Assembly (NCBI RefSeq): GCF_000171235.2
Contig: NZ_ABEA03000006.1
Coordinates: forward strand, 14,344-38,343
Source of the DNA: Geminisphaera colitermitum TAV2
Lineage (GTDB): Bacteria; Verrucomicrobiota; Verrucomicrobiia; Opitutales; Opitutaceae
Direction of reading: 5' to 3'
Length of the DNA stretch: 24,000 nt
The notes under the pieces were generated by a model that worked only from the letters and a program-made list of their open reading frames with translations, had not been told where the DNA came from and did no database searches. Of the stretch, positions 14,526 to 22,014 are shown in pieces; within the stretch, counting starts at the first letter, position 1, and each line of letters opens with the position of its first letter. The position numbers and the translations under genes were made by a program.

Positions 14526-14935
14526 TTTTTGAGCACTCCTTTTGCTTTGAGTGCGCCGTCGATGTAGGGTTTGAGGAGCGTCAAAACCCAGATGCCGAGG
14601 GCGGCAAAACCGAGGAATTTCAACCAGCCGGGAATGGAGTTCCAAAAACCTTTTCCAACGGTGTCGATTGCGGTGTTGATGCGGCCCGGAAGTTCGCTGG
14701 CGGATTCGGCAAGCGCGGAGGGAATGCGGTCATTGACGGCTTCGCCAACGGTTGCGGAGAGGTCCGCGGTATCCGTGATGGATGCCATTTGTCGCTGAAA
14801 TTCGTCTTCTGAAAGAAGACCGTCCGCCCGTTGACGTTCGAGAATCGCAGCCTGTTCAGCGGCAATTTTCTCCGTGCGTTCCCGCTCTTTTTTACTCGTG
14901 AAGAGCCAGCCTGAAAATGAGTCTAACCATCCCAT
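14522..14935 (-). CDS. Membrane protein with SHOCT-like motif and C-terminal TM
   Basis: Start at MGWLDSFSGWLF. RQRADGLLSEDEFQRQMASI resembles SHOCT. C-terminal WLKFLGFAALGIWVLTLL. Confidence 0.5.
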   Translation of the reverse strand: MGWLDSFSGWLFTSKKERERTEKIAAEQAAILERQRADGLLSEDEFQRQMASITDTADLSATVGEAVNDRIPSALAESASELPGRINTAIDTVGKGFWNSIPGWLKFLGFAALGIWVLTLLKPYIDGALKAKGVLKK

Positions 14936-14958
14936 TGTAGTTGTTTCCTGTTTTGTAG

Positions 14959-16086
14959 TTAGTTTACCAATACGCGCCCCCACGAAATGGCCCAGTCAAC
15001 GGTGAGGGCGTTGTCGCTGTCCTTAACCTGCGTCTGGTCGAATTTGATGCGCAGCATGGGCCAGATCGTGTCGTAATAAGACCAGCCGAGGGCCATGCAT
15101 TTGATGTCCGTGCGGTTGCCGTCGTTGAGCGTGAACTCGCTTCGCCAGACGCGACGGTAGGAGCCCGCAACGTAGGGAAGGCGGGTGGCTGTCTTGCGTG
15201 ACTTTGTCCCCCCCAAAGCGAAATTATTGGCGGTGTTTGGGAGCGCGAATGCTTCCTCGCTGTTGCCAAGGAAGGTTTCAAATTCGTATTTATTCGGCGA
15301 AATCTGCGACGGCCAGCCAAGGTTTTCGAGTTGCACCTGTCCGCCGCCACCGGTCCAGAACGGGCCGGGCATGGCAACGGGAGAGAGGGGGGAAAGTGCG
15401 ATGTAGAGGTTGAGCACAACCTTGAGTTGCTGGCCGGGGACAAGTGTAACGCCGCCACCTTCCAGCACGTCGCGGCCAAACAGCGAGTTTGACGACTGGT
15501 AATAGTTCCACGACCAGCCGACTTCATGGAGTGTGACTTGCGTGGTGACGGCGTTGAAAATGAAGGTGCGTTTGCGGACAAGCTGGTTGTCCACGATGTT
15601 AACGGTGTTGTCGTCTCCCCCGGTTCCGTAAACGTCCGTGCGCATGGTTTCGGCGGTGAGGCCGGTTTGGTTGACATACCAGATCGTGCCCTTTGCCGGG
15701 GCCGGGAGTTCACGGGCGATGTCCACGGAGGCCGTCACTGTGTCCGCCACGGCCTGAATGCGCATTTCCTCGCCGGTATCCAGTTTCAAAAGACGCCCGA
15801 CGTCCTCATTGCTGAAAAACGCGGCGCTGGCCTTCACGGTGTTGCCGGTCTGGGTGAACGCGATGTTGCCGGAGTCGCGGCGGGTGGGGGTTGTGCCGGT
15901 GCCGACGACGGCAGCGCGGATTACGTCGTCCCAATGGTAGTTTTCGACAAGCGCGTTGAGGCCGTTGTCGAGGATGAGGTTTTTCTTCCAAGGCTGGCGG
16001 AGTTCTTCCGTGCCGTCCGGGTTTAGAACGGAAATTTTGTAGCGGATGCCGATTTGTTGTTTTGTGCTGGTTGAAATTTTTCTCAT
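14959..16086 (-). CDS. Hypothetical virion protein, beta-rich (possible spike/receptor-binding)
   Basis: 375 aa, the largest late-operon ORF. No TM and no enzymatic motif. Gly/Thr/Asn/Val-rich strands. Sits at the distal end of the structural operon. Confidence 0.5.
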   Translation of the reverse strand: MRKISTSTKQQIGIRYKISVLNPDGTEELRQPWKKNLILDNGLNALVENYHWDDVIRAAVVGTGTTPTRRDSGNIAFTQTGNTVKASAAFFSNEDVGRLLKLDTGEEMRIQAVADTVTASVDIARELPAPAKGTIWYVNQTGLTAETMRTDVYGTGGDDNTVNIVDNQLVRKRTFIFNAVTTQVTLHEVGWSWNYYQSSNSLFGRDVLEGGGVTLVPGQQLKVVLNLYIALSPLSPVAMPGPFWTGGGGQVQLENLGWPSQISPNKYEFETFLGNSEEAFALPNTANNFALGGTKSRKTATRLPYVAGSYRRVWRSEFTLNDGNRTDIKCMALGWSYYDTIWPMLRIKFDQTQVKDSDNALTVDWAISWGRVLVN

Positions 16087-16112
16087 GGTGCGAATGTGTA
16101 TCTAAAAAATGG

Positions 16113-16667
16113 TTACGCGTGGGGACCGTAGGCAAAAGCGTCAAGCGCAACGTCCGCCTTGGTGGTGTTGGCGGCGGCGATGTGCCCGGATGGGGTCAAT
16201 GATGCGGCGGACATGGCGACGGCTTGCGTGGCGTGTTCTTCGCCGGTTGCAGTCAGGGCCGGTTCGTAAAGGAGCGCGTCAAGACCGAGGGTTTGCGTGG
16301 CGTTTTTCGACAATGTCGGGCCGGTGGCAGGCTCGTAAGTCCATGCGGCAAGTCCAACGTTTTGCGAGGGGGTTTCAATCGGGGAGACAACAGCGGCGCG
16401 TTCATACAGTCCCCAGCACACGGCGCGGATGCCGGTGCCGCCAAAGCTGCGAATGCTGCCGTCCGCCATGCCGCGCACAACAGGTTCCATCTCCATGTCT
16501 TCCGTCGCGTCTTCGTTGCTGTCGATGCGCGTTACGGGGACATACAGGAGCGCATCGAGCGCGGCGGAGAGTTTCGCGGTTTCGCTCGCAAACGGCACGC
16601 GCCAGCCACGCCGCACATAGAGGAGCGGCGTGGGGATGCACTGGATTTGCGGGCGGGCGAAGATCAC
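16113..16667 (-). CDS. Hypothetical virion-associated protein with three LDA(L/F)xYxP repeats
   Basis: 184 aa with a GTG start. Repeats AKLSAALDALLYVPV, TQTLGLDALLYEPAL and KADVALDAFAYGPHA. Confidence 0.5.
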   Translation of the reverse strand: MIFARPQIQCIPTPLLYVRRGWRVPFASETAKLSAALDALLYVPVTRIDSNEDATEDMEMEPVVRGMADGSIRSFGGTGIRAVCWGLYERAAVVSPIETPSQNVGLAAWTYEPATGPTLSKNATQTLGLDALLYEPALTATGEEHATQAVAMSAASLTPSGHIAAANTTKADVALDAFAYGPHA

Positions 16668-16688
16668 GACGGAGGCGCGGTGTAGTGA

Positions 16689-16955
16689 TTACTTGGTGAC
16701 GGGTTTCGCGGCGGCGAGCGCGGCGGCAATGCCCTTGAGCGCGGCCACGTTGTCCGCTCCCAACGCGGCGGCAAGGTCTTCGCCGGTAATGGGGATCGGT
16801 TCGGATTGCGGAGCCCCCTGCGGACGCACGGCGGTTCCGTTTTCGAGCGCGTCAACCAGCTTGCCGATTTGCGCGGGGATGCTGTTGAGGACATTCACCG
16901 CTTGCGCGGCGAGTTGGGCGGCGGCGATGGCCGGAGTGATGTTTGCCTTAATCAT
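16689..16955 (-). CDS. Small Ala-rich helical protein (scaffold/assembly-like)
   Basis: ATG at 16955 preferred over TTG at 16985. MIKANITPAIAAAQLAAQAVNVLNSIPAQIGKLVDALE...AALKGIAAALAAAKPVTK. Confidence 0.5.
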   Translation of the reverse strand: MIKANITPAIAAAQLAAQAVNVLNSIPAQIGKLVDALENGTAVRPQGAPQSEPIPITGEDLAAALGADNVAALKGIAAALAAAKPVTK

Positions 16956-16994
16956 TATTTTGCTTTTGTTGTAGTTATTAACCAAATACTAAAA

Positions 16995-17684
16995 TCAGTA
17001 GAGGGGGCTAATAATGCCGTATTCGGCGAGCCGATCTGTAAGCGTGTTTACGCGGTCAATGACTTGGCTAAGCGGGGCATCGCTAGGAAGCTTGCTCAAC
17101 GTAAGGGGATTAGCTTCGGATTGAATGTCGAGGATTGCTTCCCCAAATATATTTACCACGCTCAGTCCCCCCAACAGCGTCGTAGGGCCATCGACGGAAA
17201 GCGGGGCAAAGACTTCTAAGTCAGATCGGATGGCTACGGGTGACAAAATATTCAAGAAATACTCCCCCCACTCTGCGACATAACCGCCCTCAGAGTTGTA
17301 GAGTATGCGGTTAGTCCAATCAATTGCCCCGACTGCGTATGCATCGTAGGCTATCCGTTCTTGCCAGTTGATCGCGACGACGTACCCGCTCAAATCGTAC
17401 AGTTCGCGCGTCCAGTGCCCGGCAGAGCGGATTCCCTCTCCGTCTGTCAGGTCCATTTGCCAGAGCGGAACAATCCCGTTCGAGCAGAGGACATTCCCCG
17501 GTTGACCGACCCCCATATCGTCCGTGGCGTCAAGGAACGGATTGCGCGGGGCGAAGTCTCCCAACAGCGTCGCAAGGGAGGCGCGGTTTCCACCGGGCGT
17601 GCCGGGGCGGGCGATTTCCACGCAATCGTCACCGGACAGGTCGAACAATTCCGGCAGATCAAAAATGGTTTTGTAGGATGGCAT
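16995..17684 (-). CDS. Fibre/receptor-binding-like protein
   Basis: 229 aa. The N-terminal FDLPELFDLSGDDCVEIARPG and C-terminal IDRVNTLTDRLAEYGIISP resemble the ends I associate with phage fibre or spike proteins. That is pattern memory only. Confidence 0.45.
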   Translation of the reverse strand: MPSYKTIFDLPELFDLSGDDCVEIARPGTPGGNRASLATLLGDFAPRNPFLDATDDMGVGQPGNVLCSNGIVPLWQMDLTDGEGIRSAGHWTRELYDLSGYVVAINWQERIAYDAYAVGAIDWTNRILYNSEGGYVAEWGEYFLNILSPVAIRSDLEVFAPLSVDGPTTLLGGLSVVNIFGEAILDIQSEANPLTLSKLPSDAPLSQVIDRVNTLTDRLAEYGIISPLY

Positions 17685-17694
17685 TGGTGCGAGT

Positions 17695-18285
17695 TTATGC
17701 GGTCCACCAGATTTCCGAAATCGTAGCGGCGAGGGGGGCGGTCTGCGGGTTGTGGATGCGGACGAATCCGCTCACGTGGTGCGTGATCGTCTCGTTGGCT
17801 CTCACAATGCCGGTTACGCCGTCGCTGGCGTCACGAAATTCCAGATACAGTTCGTTGCTCGTGTTGCTCACAACGACGGCCTTGCGACGCAGCAATGTGT
17901 TTTTGGGCGTGCCGAGCAAATCGACAAAACCGTTCGGCTGAATGATGACACTGCCACCGTTGGACGGGGCGAGCATTTCCGTGGGGGCTTCGATCTGGTC
18001 AAGCCGGTTGTCGGAGAACTTCACCACCCCGGCCCAAAATGAGACGAACATTTCTTTCTTCGTCGGGGAACGAAATTCGAGGCGCTCAAAAAACTCCGGG
18101 GCATCGAAGTCCAGACTCATTCCGCTTCGGAAAGTGGAATAAGGCATTGCGTCGATTTTGATTTCAACCGGGCCGGACGCGGAGAGTAGCGAGAAGTGAC
18201 GGCCATGCACCATTGCCACGCCGACTTGTCCCGGACCAGCGGGGATGACGACGTTTACGATGCTGCCTTGCTGGGAGGTTATCAT
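17695..18285 (-). CDS. Beta-rich hypothetical virion protein (possible vertex/penton, single jelly-roll)
   Basis: 196 aa. Alternating hydrophobic strands (HFSLLSASGPVEIKID, FERLEFRS, MFVSFWAGVVKF, VVVSNTSNELYLEFRD, FVRIHN). Directly follows the membrane-protein genes. Confidence 0.45.
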   Translation of the reverse strand: MITSQQGSIVNVVIPAGPGQVGVAMVHGRHFSLLSASGPVEIKIDAMPYSTFRSGMSLDFDAPEFFERLEFRSPTKKEMFVSFWAGVVKFSDNRLDQIEAPTEMLAPSNGGSVIIQPNGFVDLLGTPKNTLLRRKAVVVSNTSNELYLEFRDASDGVTGIVRANETITHHVSGFVRIHNPQTAPLAATISEIWWTA

Positions 18286-18289
18286 GGCT

Positions 18290-19105
18290 TTATTTGTGTT
18301 TCAGGAGGGCGAGGGCGATGAGGCCGGCAATGACCGCGCCAACGATCAGCTTGGTCTGAGTGGAGGTGTTTCCTTCATCTGCTGCGCCGATGGCGGTTCC
18401 CGCGCTCGTGATTGCGCTTTCAGCCGCATTGATGGACTGGTTTGAGGTCTGCCGTGCGAGGTTGATGTTTTCCAGCGAGGCGATGTGCATTTTGTCCATC
18501 GCGCCCATGACGCCTTGCAGGGCCGTGTCCATGACTTGCATGTTGGAACCGACTGCGAGGTTCATTGCCCGGTCTTGGAATCCCAGCGCGGTTCCAGCCA
18601 GTTCCATGTTTGAGCCAATGGCCGTGTTGAACATGTCTTTGCCGACTGCGAGCGCATCGGTGCCGAAACTTAGCGCGTCCCGGCCAAAATTCATCGCCTC
18701 TAGGGTGGTGGCGAGGTTGCCCCCGATGGCAGTGTTGGCGATGTCCTTTGTTGCCTCCATCGCGGACTGGTTGACCTTCGTGTTTTCCGTCAACGCGGTC
18801 AGCGAGGTCAGCAAGGAGCCTTCCATCGCGCTCTCCGTGAGTGTTCCGAGTTGTGAGGCGGAATCCCCGGCAAACTTGAACGCGGCGTCAACGGTGCCGT
18901 GGTCAGTGCTGGTGGTGACAATGCTGGTTGAAATGGTGTTGTTGTTTCCAACTTTGCCAGTGATTGCGCCGCTGTTGTCGTTGAGCGACTGGTCAACGGT
19001 GTTGCGCGAACCGGAGCCAATGCCAACGCCTTGATCCTGCACGGTTGCGCTTTGATCGTATGCCTTGGTGCCTGATTCTACTTTTGTGCTTCCGAAAAGT
19101 CCCAT
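18290..19105 (-). CDS. Tail-anchored membrane protein with internal ~23-aa repeats
   Basis: Start at MGLFGSTKVE (ATG 19105, 1 nt after the upstream stop). Repeats NTAIGGNLATTLEAM / NTAIGSNMELAGTAL / NLAVGSNMQVMDTAL. C-terminal TM KLIVGAVIAGLIALALL. Confidence 0.6.
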   Translation of the reverse strand: MGLFGSTKVESGTKAYDQSATVQDQGVGIGSGSRNTVDQSLNDNSGAITGKVGNNNTISTSIVTTSTDHGTVDAAFKFAGDSASQLGTLTESAMEGSLLTSLTALTENTKVNQSAMEATKDIANTAIGGNLATTLEAMNFGRDALSFGTDALAVGKDMFNTAIGSNMELAGTALGFQDRAMNLAVGSNMQVMDTALQGVMGAMDKMHIASLENINLARQTSNQSINAAESAITSAGTAIGAADEGNTSTQTKLIVGAVIAGLIALALLKHK

Positions 19106-19106
19106 G

Positions 19107-19490
19107 TTATTTCCTCCGTTTTTTCCCGAAAATGAAACTGGCGAGCCCAAACGTGAACAGCATGAGCGCGAGCCCGCCGCCAACGATGAAGGCCCATGTA
19201 GTGCCAGACCAACTACTGACCGGTTGCGACACTGCCGCCAACGCCGCTTGCAGTGGTTTCTCTTGTGACGCGTTGGAAGAAGCGCCGTCTTTCGCAACGG
19301 ATGCCACCGCATCGGCAGAGCCGCTTGCGGAAACGTCCCGTTGCGTCGAAGAACTGGACGTTGAGATGTCTCCAGACCAACCCCCGTTCACGATTTTGGG
19401 CGAAAAGATAATCGTGCCTGAATTGCTCGTTGGCCCGACTGTCGTGTTTGATGCGAGGCTGTTGCTTCCGGCGATGTCTAGCCAACTCAT
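19107..19490 (-). CDS. Tail-anchored membrane protein, Ser/Thr-rich ectodomain
   Basis: Start at MSWLDIAG (ATG 19490, 4 nt after the upstream stop). C-terminal TWAFIVGGGLALMLFTFGLASFIFGKKRRK. Confidence 0.6.
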   Translation of the reverse strand: MSWLDIAGSNSLASNTTVGPTSNSGTIIFSPKIVNGGWSGDISTSSSSTQRDVSASGSADAVASVAKDGASSNASQEKPLQAALAAVSQPVSSWSGTTWAFIVGGGLALMLFTFGLASFIFGKKRRK

Positions 19491-19494
19491 AGCG

Positions 19495-19782
19495 TTAACG
19501 ACGTTTGAAAATGAGCACGGCCCCGACAACGGCCAGAATCACGCCACCAGCGGCGGCGGCGATTTTCCAGATGGTGTTGCTCGTTTGTGTTTTCGTCCCG
19601 GTGCCACCAGCGGCATTGCCAACGGCTCCGGCAGTGGTTGCGGCCTGTTCTGCCAGCTTTTGCGCGGCGGCGGCCTTGGCCTGCGCTTCCGCCAGCTTTT
19701 CGGCCACTTTCGCCTGGCCGTAAGCGGTAGCCATTTCTTTGCCGCTGTCGAAAAGTCCCCCGACAAAATCTCCAAAGTCCAT
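19495..19782 (-). CDS. Tail-anchored membrane protein, Ala-rich helical
   Basis: 95 aa. AEKLAEAQAKAAAAQKLAEQAA helix, then TM IWKIAAAAGGVILAVVGAVLIFKRR. Confidence 0.65.
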   Translation of the reverse strand: MDFGDFVGGLFDSGKEMATAYGQAKVAEKLAEAQAKAAAAQKLAEQAATTAGAVGNAAGGTGTKTQTSNTIWKIAAAAGGVILAVVGAVLIFKRR

Positions 19783-19876
19783 GTGTGTTTTTCCAGTTTA
19801 ACCCGCGCCATTTTTAGAGAACGGCGCGGGTGCTATGTTGTTGTTGTATTGGACCGGATGATACCGGTGTCGAAGG

Positions 19877-20758
19877 TCAGTAGCTGCCTTGAAGCGATTC
19901 GTTCAGGATCGTGACGGCCCCGGCTGTCGGTGAATGGATGCGGACGTTAAGCGAGCGACGGCCAATGATGGCATCGGCGGTTCCGTATTCATCGAAGGGG
20001 ATGGGGAACGTCCACACGCTGGCGGACATGTTGAGATCAGCCAACGCAAGGGCGTTGGTCTCCGCGTCCACGTCGAAATAGGACACGTCGTCGGCGAGCA
20101 CTTCCACGCGGTTGATTGCGCTGCCGTCCTGTTTTTGGAGAAACAGGCGGTTGATGGGCTGGTTGAGCGGCAGGGTGGTGAAGTTGTAAACGCCAGCCGA
20201 AATCGGCTGAGTGAACGTGGTCTGATGCATGATCGACTGGAGGAACGATCCGCCTTCCGGGATGGAGGGACTGCCAATCCAGTTGTCCACGCCGTTGATG
20301 CGGTAAGGAATGTTCCAGTCGTGCGCCTCGTAAGCCGTGATTGTGAGACCAGCGGCCTGCGCAGGCGTGAGGACTCCGGCGCGCACAAACATCTGAATTT
20401 CAAACGAGCGGACAAGCGCGGCGGGAGTGGGCCATGCGCCACGATACATCTGTTGCGGCGTTTCCTGCCACGGCTCCACAAAGTAAATGGGAATTTCGTC
20501 GTCGGCGACGGTCAGGTTGTTGAAGCGGGCGAGATTGCGCAGGATGGTGGCATCAACTTCGCGGACCGCCGCACCGTTGATGTTGATTTTGATTTCACCG
20601 ATAAGCTGTTCGACGGTGACGGGATTGGCGACGTCGGCGGGAATGCCAATTTTGTATTTCGCCCAGTGGTAGCGCGGCCCAACGGTCATTTTGGTATAGC
20701 AGAATGCGCCGGGGACGGGACTCGTGATGCCCGCAACGGGCTGTTTGATTGTCGGCAT
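19877..20758 (-). CDS. Candidate major capsid protein, two tandem beta-rich halves (double-jelly-roll-like, PM2 P2-size)
   Basis: 293 aa with no TM. The two halves share a pattern: IGEIKININGAAVREVDATILRNLARFNNL / INRVEVLADDVSYFDVDAETNALALADLNM, IPIYFVEPW / WTFPIPFDEY, and SFEIQMFVRAG / SLNVRIHSPTAG. Confidence 0.55.
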   Translation of the reverse strand: MPTIKQPVAGITSPVPGAFCYTKMTVGPRYHWAKYKIGIPADVANPVTVEQLIGEIKININGAAVREVDATILRNLARFNNLTVADDEIPIYFVEPWQETPQQMYRGAWPTPAALVRSFEIQMFVRAGVLTPAQAAGLTITAYEAHDWNIPYRINGVDNWIGSPSIPEGGSFLQSIMHQTTFTQPISAGVYNFTTLPLNQPINRLFLQKQDGSAINRVEVLADDVSYFDVDAETNALALADLNMSASVWTFPIPFDEYGTADAIIGRRSLNVRIHSPTAGAVTILNESLQGSY

Positions 20759-20806
20759 GGTAGTTGTTTCGGTTGTGTGTTGTAGCGTTTTTCCGATACA
20801 GACGGA

Positions 20807-20941
20807 TTAGGCGGATGCGGCGGCTTTGCTGCCAGTCACGGCTTTTCCAACAGCGGGGACGCGGTTGATGAGGAACAAACCGACGATCACGCCAACGGCG
20901 GCGGTCACGACGGGAATCACGTAAACGAGGAGTTTCTTCAT
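20807..20941 (-). CDS. Small single-TM protein, first gene of the late operon
   Basis: 44 aa from the internal ATG: MKKLLVYVIPVVTAAVGVIVGLFLINRVPAVGKAVTGSKAAASA. Confidence 0.55.
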   Translation of the reverse strand: MKKLLVYVIPVVTAAVGVIVGLFLINRVPAVGKAVTGSKAAASA

Positions 20942-21048
20942 GTCAGTTTTGTGTGTTAATGTTTTTGTATTTGTCTTTCCGATACGTCCTGTAATATCCA
21001 CCCGTTTTTACACAAAAAAAAGCCCTCTGGTTGTCGCCCTTTGCCGTT

Positions 21049-21097
21049 CGATGCTGCCCGATGTCGAAGGATGTCGCGCGATGTCGGAGAATGCTGG
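21049..21097. promoter_or_regulatory. Five 10-bp-phased repeats (ATGCTG, ATGTCG x3, ATGCTG): candidate operator/activator array for the late operon
   Basis: The hexamers start at 21051, 21061, 21071, 21081 and 21091. The array lies between a minus-strand terminator and the late-operon start. Confidence 0.5.
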
Positions 21098-21108
21098 TGG
21101 TTGGACGT

Positions 21109-21137
21109 AAAAAAGCCCCGACGTTTCAGGCCGGGGC
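21109..21137 (-). terminator. Intrinsic terminator ending the upstream (early/middle) operon
   Basis: On the minus strand: gccccg-(11 nt loop)-cggggc followed by tttttt. The 6-bp stem is all G:C. Confidence 0.45.
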
Positions 21138-21202
21138 GGGTTATATGTGTATTCTGTTTTTGGCTACCTTGGCGTTCTATAAACGAACGCCCATTCCCAG
21201 AA

Positions 21203-21400
21203 CTAGGTGTTACGCTGACGCGCTACGATCTCACTAATCTGCCGACCTATTGCCTTGGATCGGAGACGGTGGTTCAGATATTGTTCTCGCTGCACATGGT
21301 ACATCCCTGTGCGCAAAAGGCGTCTCCGCATTGCGCCATGCATGGCGGCGCACGACACGTAGACCACCTCGTCCCCATATATTGGTATTGGTTTTTTCAT
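21203..21400 (-). CDS. Small basic hypothetical protein
   Basis: 65 aa, ATG 24 nt after the upstream stop, followed by the terminator. Lower GC than its neighbours. No motif. Confidence 0.4.
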   Translation of the reverse strand: MKKPIPIYGDEVVYVSCAAMHGAMRRRLLRTGMYHVQREQYLNHRLRSKAIGRQISEIVARQRNT

Positions 21401-21424
21401 CGTGAAATTGCGTAACCAGCCGCG

Positions 21425-21709
21425 TCACCGAATGCCTCCGGCATCGGTGCGCTCGGTGTTCAGAGGAGGGATAATCATGAGTCCGCCGCAATCGGCGCAT
21501 TCGTAGATCTCGCCATCGGCATCCGCGACTTCGTGATCTTCGGCCACTCGATAGCGGCCAGCGTCATCCGAGGTTGCGCCGCAATCGGCGCACCGCGCAT
21601 TTCCGGGGATGTGCTCACCCGGTGCCGGGATATATGCCCGGTGATAATTATCGCGCAGCCAACCCTCAGAACCAGCCGGTTGCGCCAATGTCTCATTGTC
21701 ATTCGCCAT
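21425..21709 (-). CDS. Zn-ribbon protein (two CADCG knuckles), candidate transcription factor
   Basis: 94 aa. NARCADCGATSDD...(27 aa)...YECADCGGLM. Confidence 0.55.
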   Translation of the reverse strand: MANDNETLAQPAGSEGWLRDNYHRAYIPAPGEHIPGNARCADCGATSDDAGRYRVAEDHEVADADGEIYECADCGGLMIIPPLNTERTDAGGIR

Positions 21710-21971
21710 GTCGCACCTCCGGGTTAGACCTGTTTTTTTGGCCGACTGAAAAGCCGGTCATCCATGCTTCACGAAGCAGGCCAGAATCGAACTCCACTGG
21801 GGGCACCGTGTTTCCGCGCTCGCCGTCATAAACACCAAGGTCGAAAGCGATGTGTTCTTGCTCAGTGTGTCCGCAATCAGGGGGACAACCTCCGAGGTCG
21901 GGAATGTGCGCCGGTCTAACCAGAGCGCAGGAGGCAACGGGCGGTGCCGTAGTTGTGGTTTCGATACTCAT
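21699..21971 (-). CDS. Hypothetical small Cys/His-containing protein
   Basis: 90 aa. GGCPPDCGHTEQEH. 11-nt overlap with the downstream gene. Confidence 0.5.
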   Translation of the reverse strand: MSIETTTTAPPVASCALVRPAHIPDLGGCPPDCGHTEQEHIAFDLGVYDGERGNTVPPVEFDSGLLREAWMTGFSVGQKNRSNPEVRHGE

Positions 21972-22014
21972 AATTTCCGTGCCTCCTCTGAGGTGTTGGG
22001 CGGACCAAGTGTTT

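Noticed and set aside
18290-19105. Tape measure protein of a tailed phage
   Set aside because: It is only 271 aa, ends in a TM anchor, and has no flanking tube, chaperone or baseplate genes.
21041-21415. 124-aa plus-strand ORF and the idea of a short CRISPR-like array at 21049-21097
   Set aside because: The ORF exists only because the phased repeats contribute in-frame ATG codons. The repeats are 6-mers with 4-nt spacers, far too short for a CRISPR array, and no cas genes are present.
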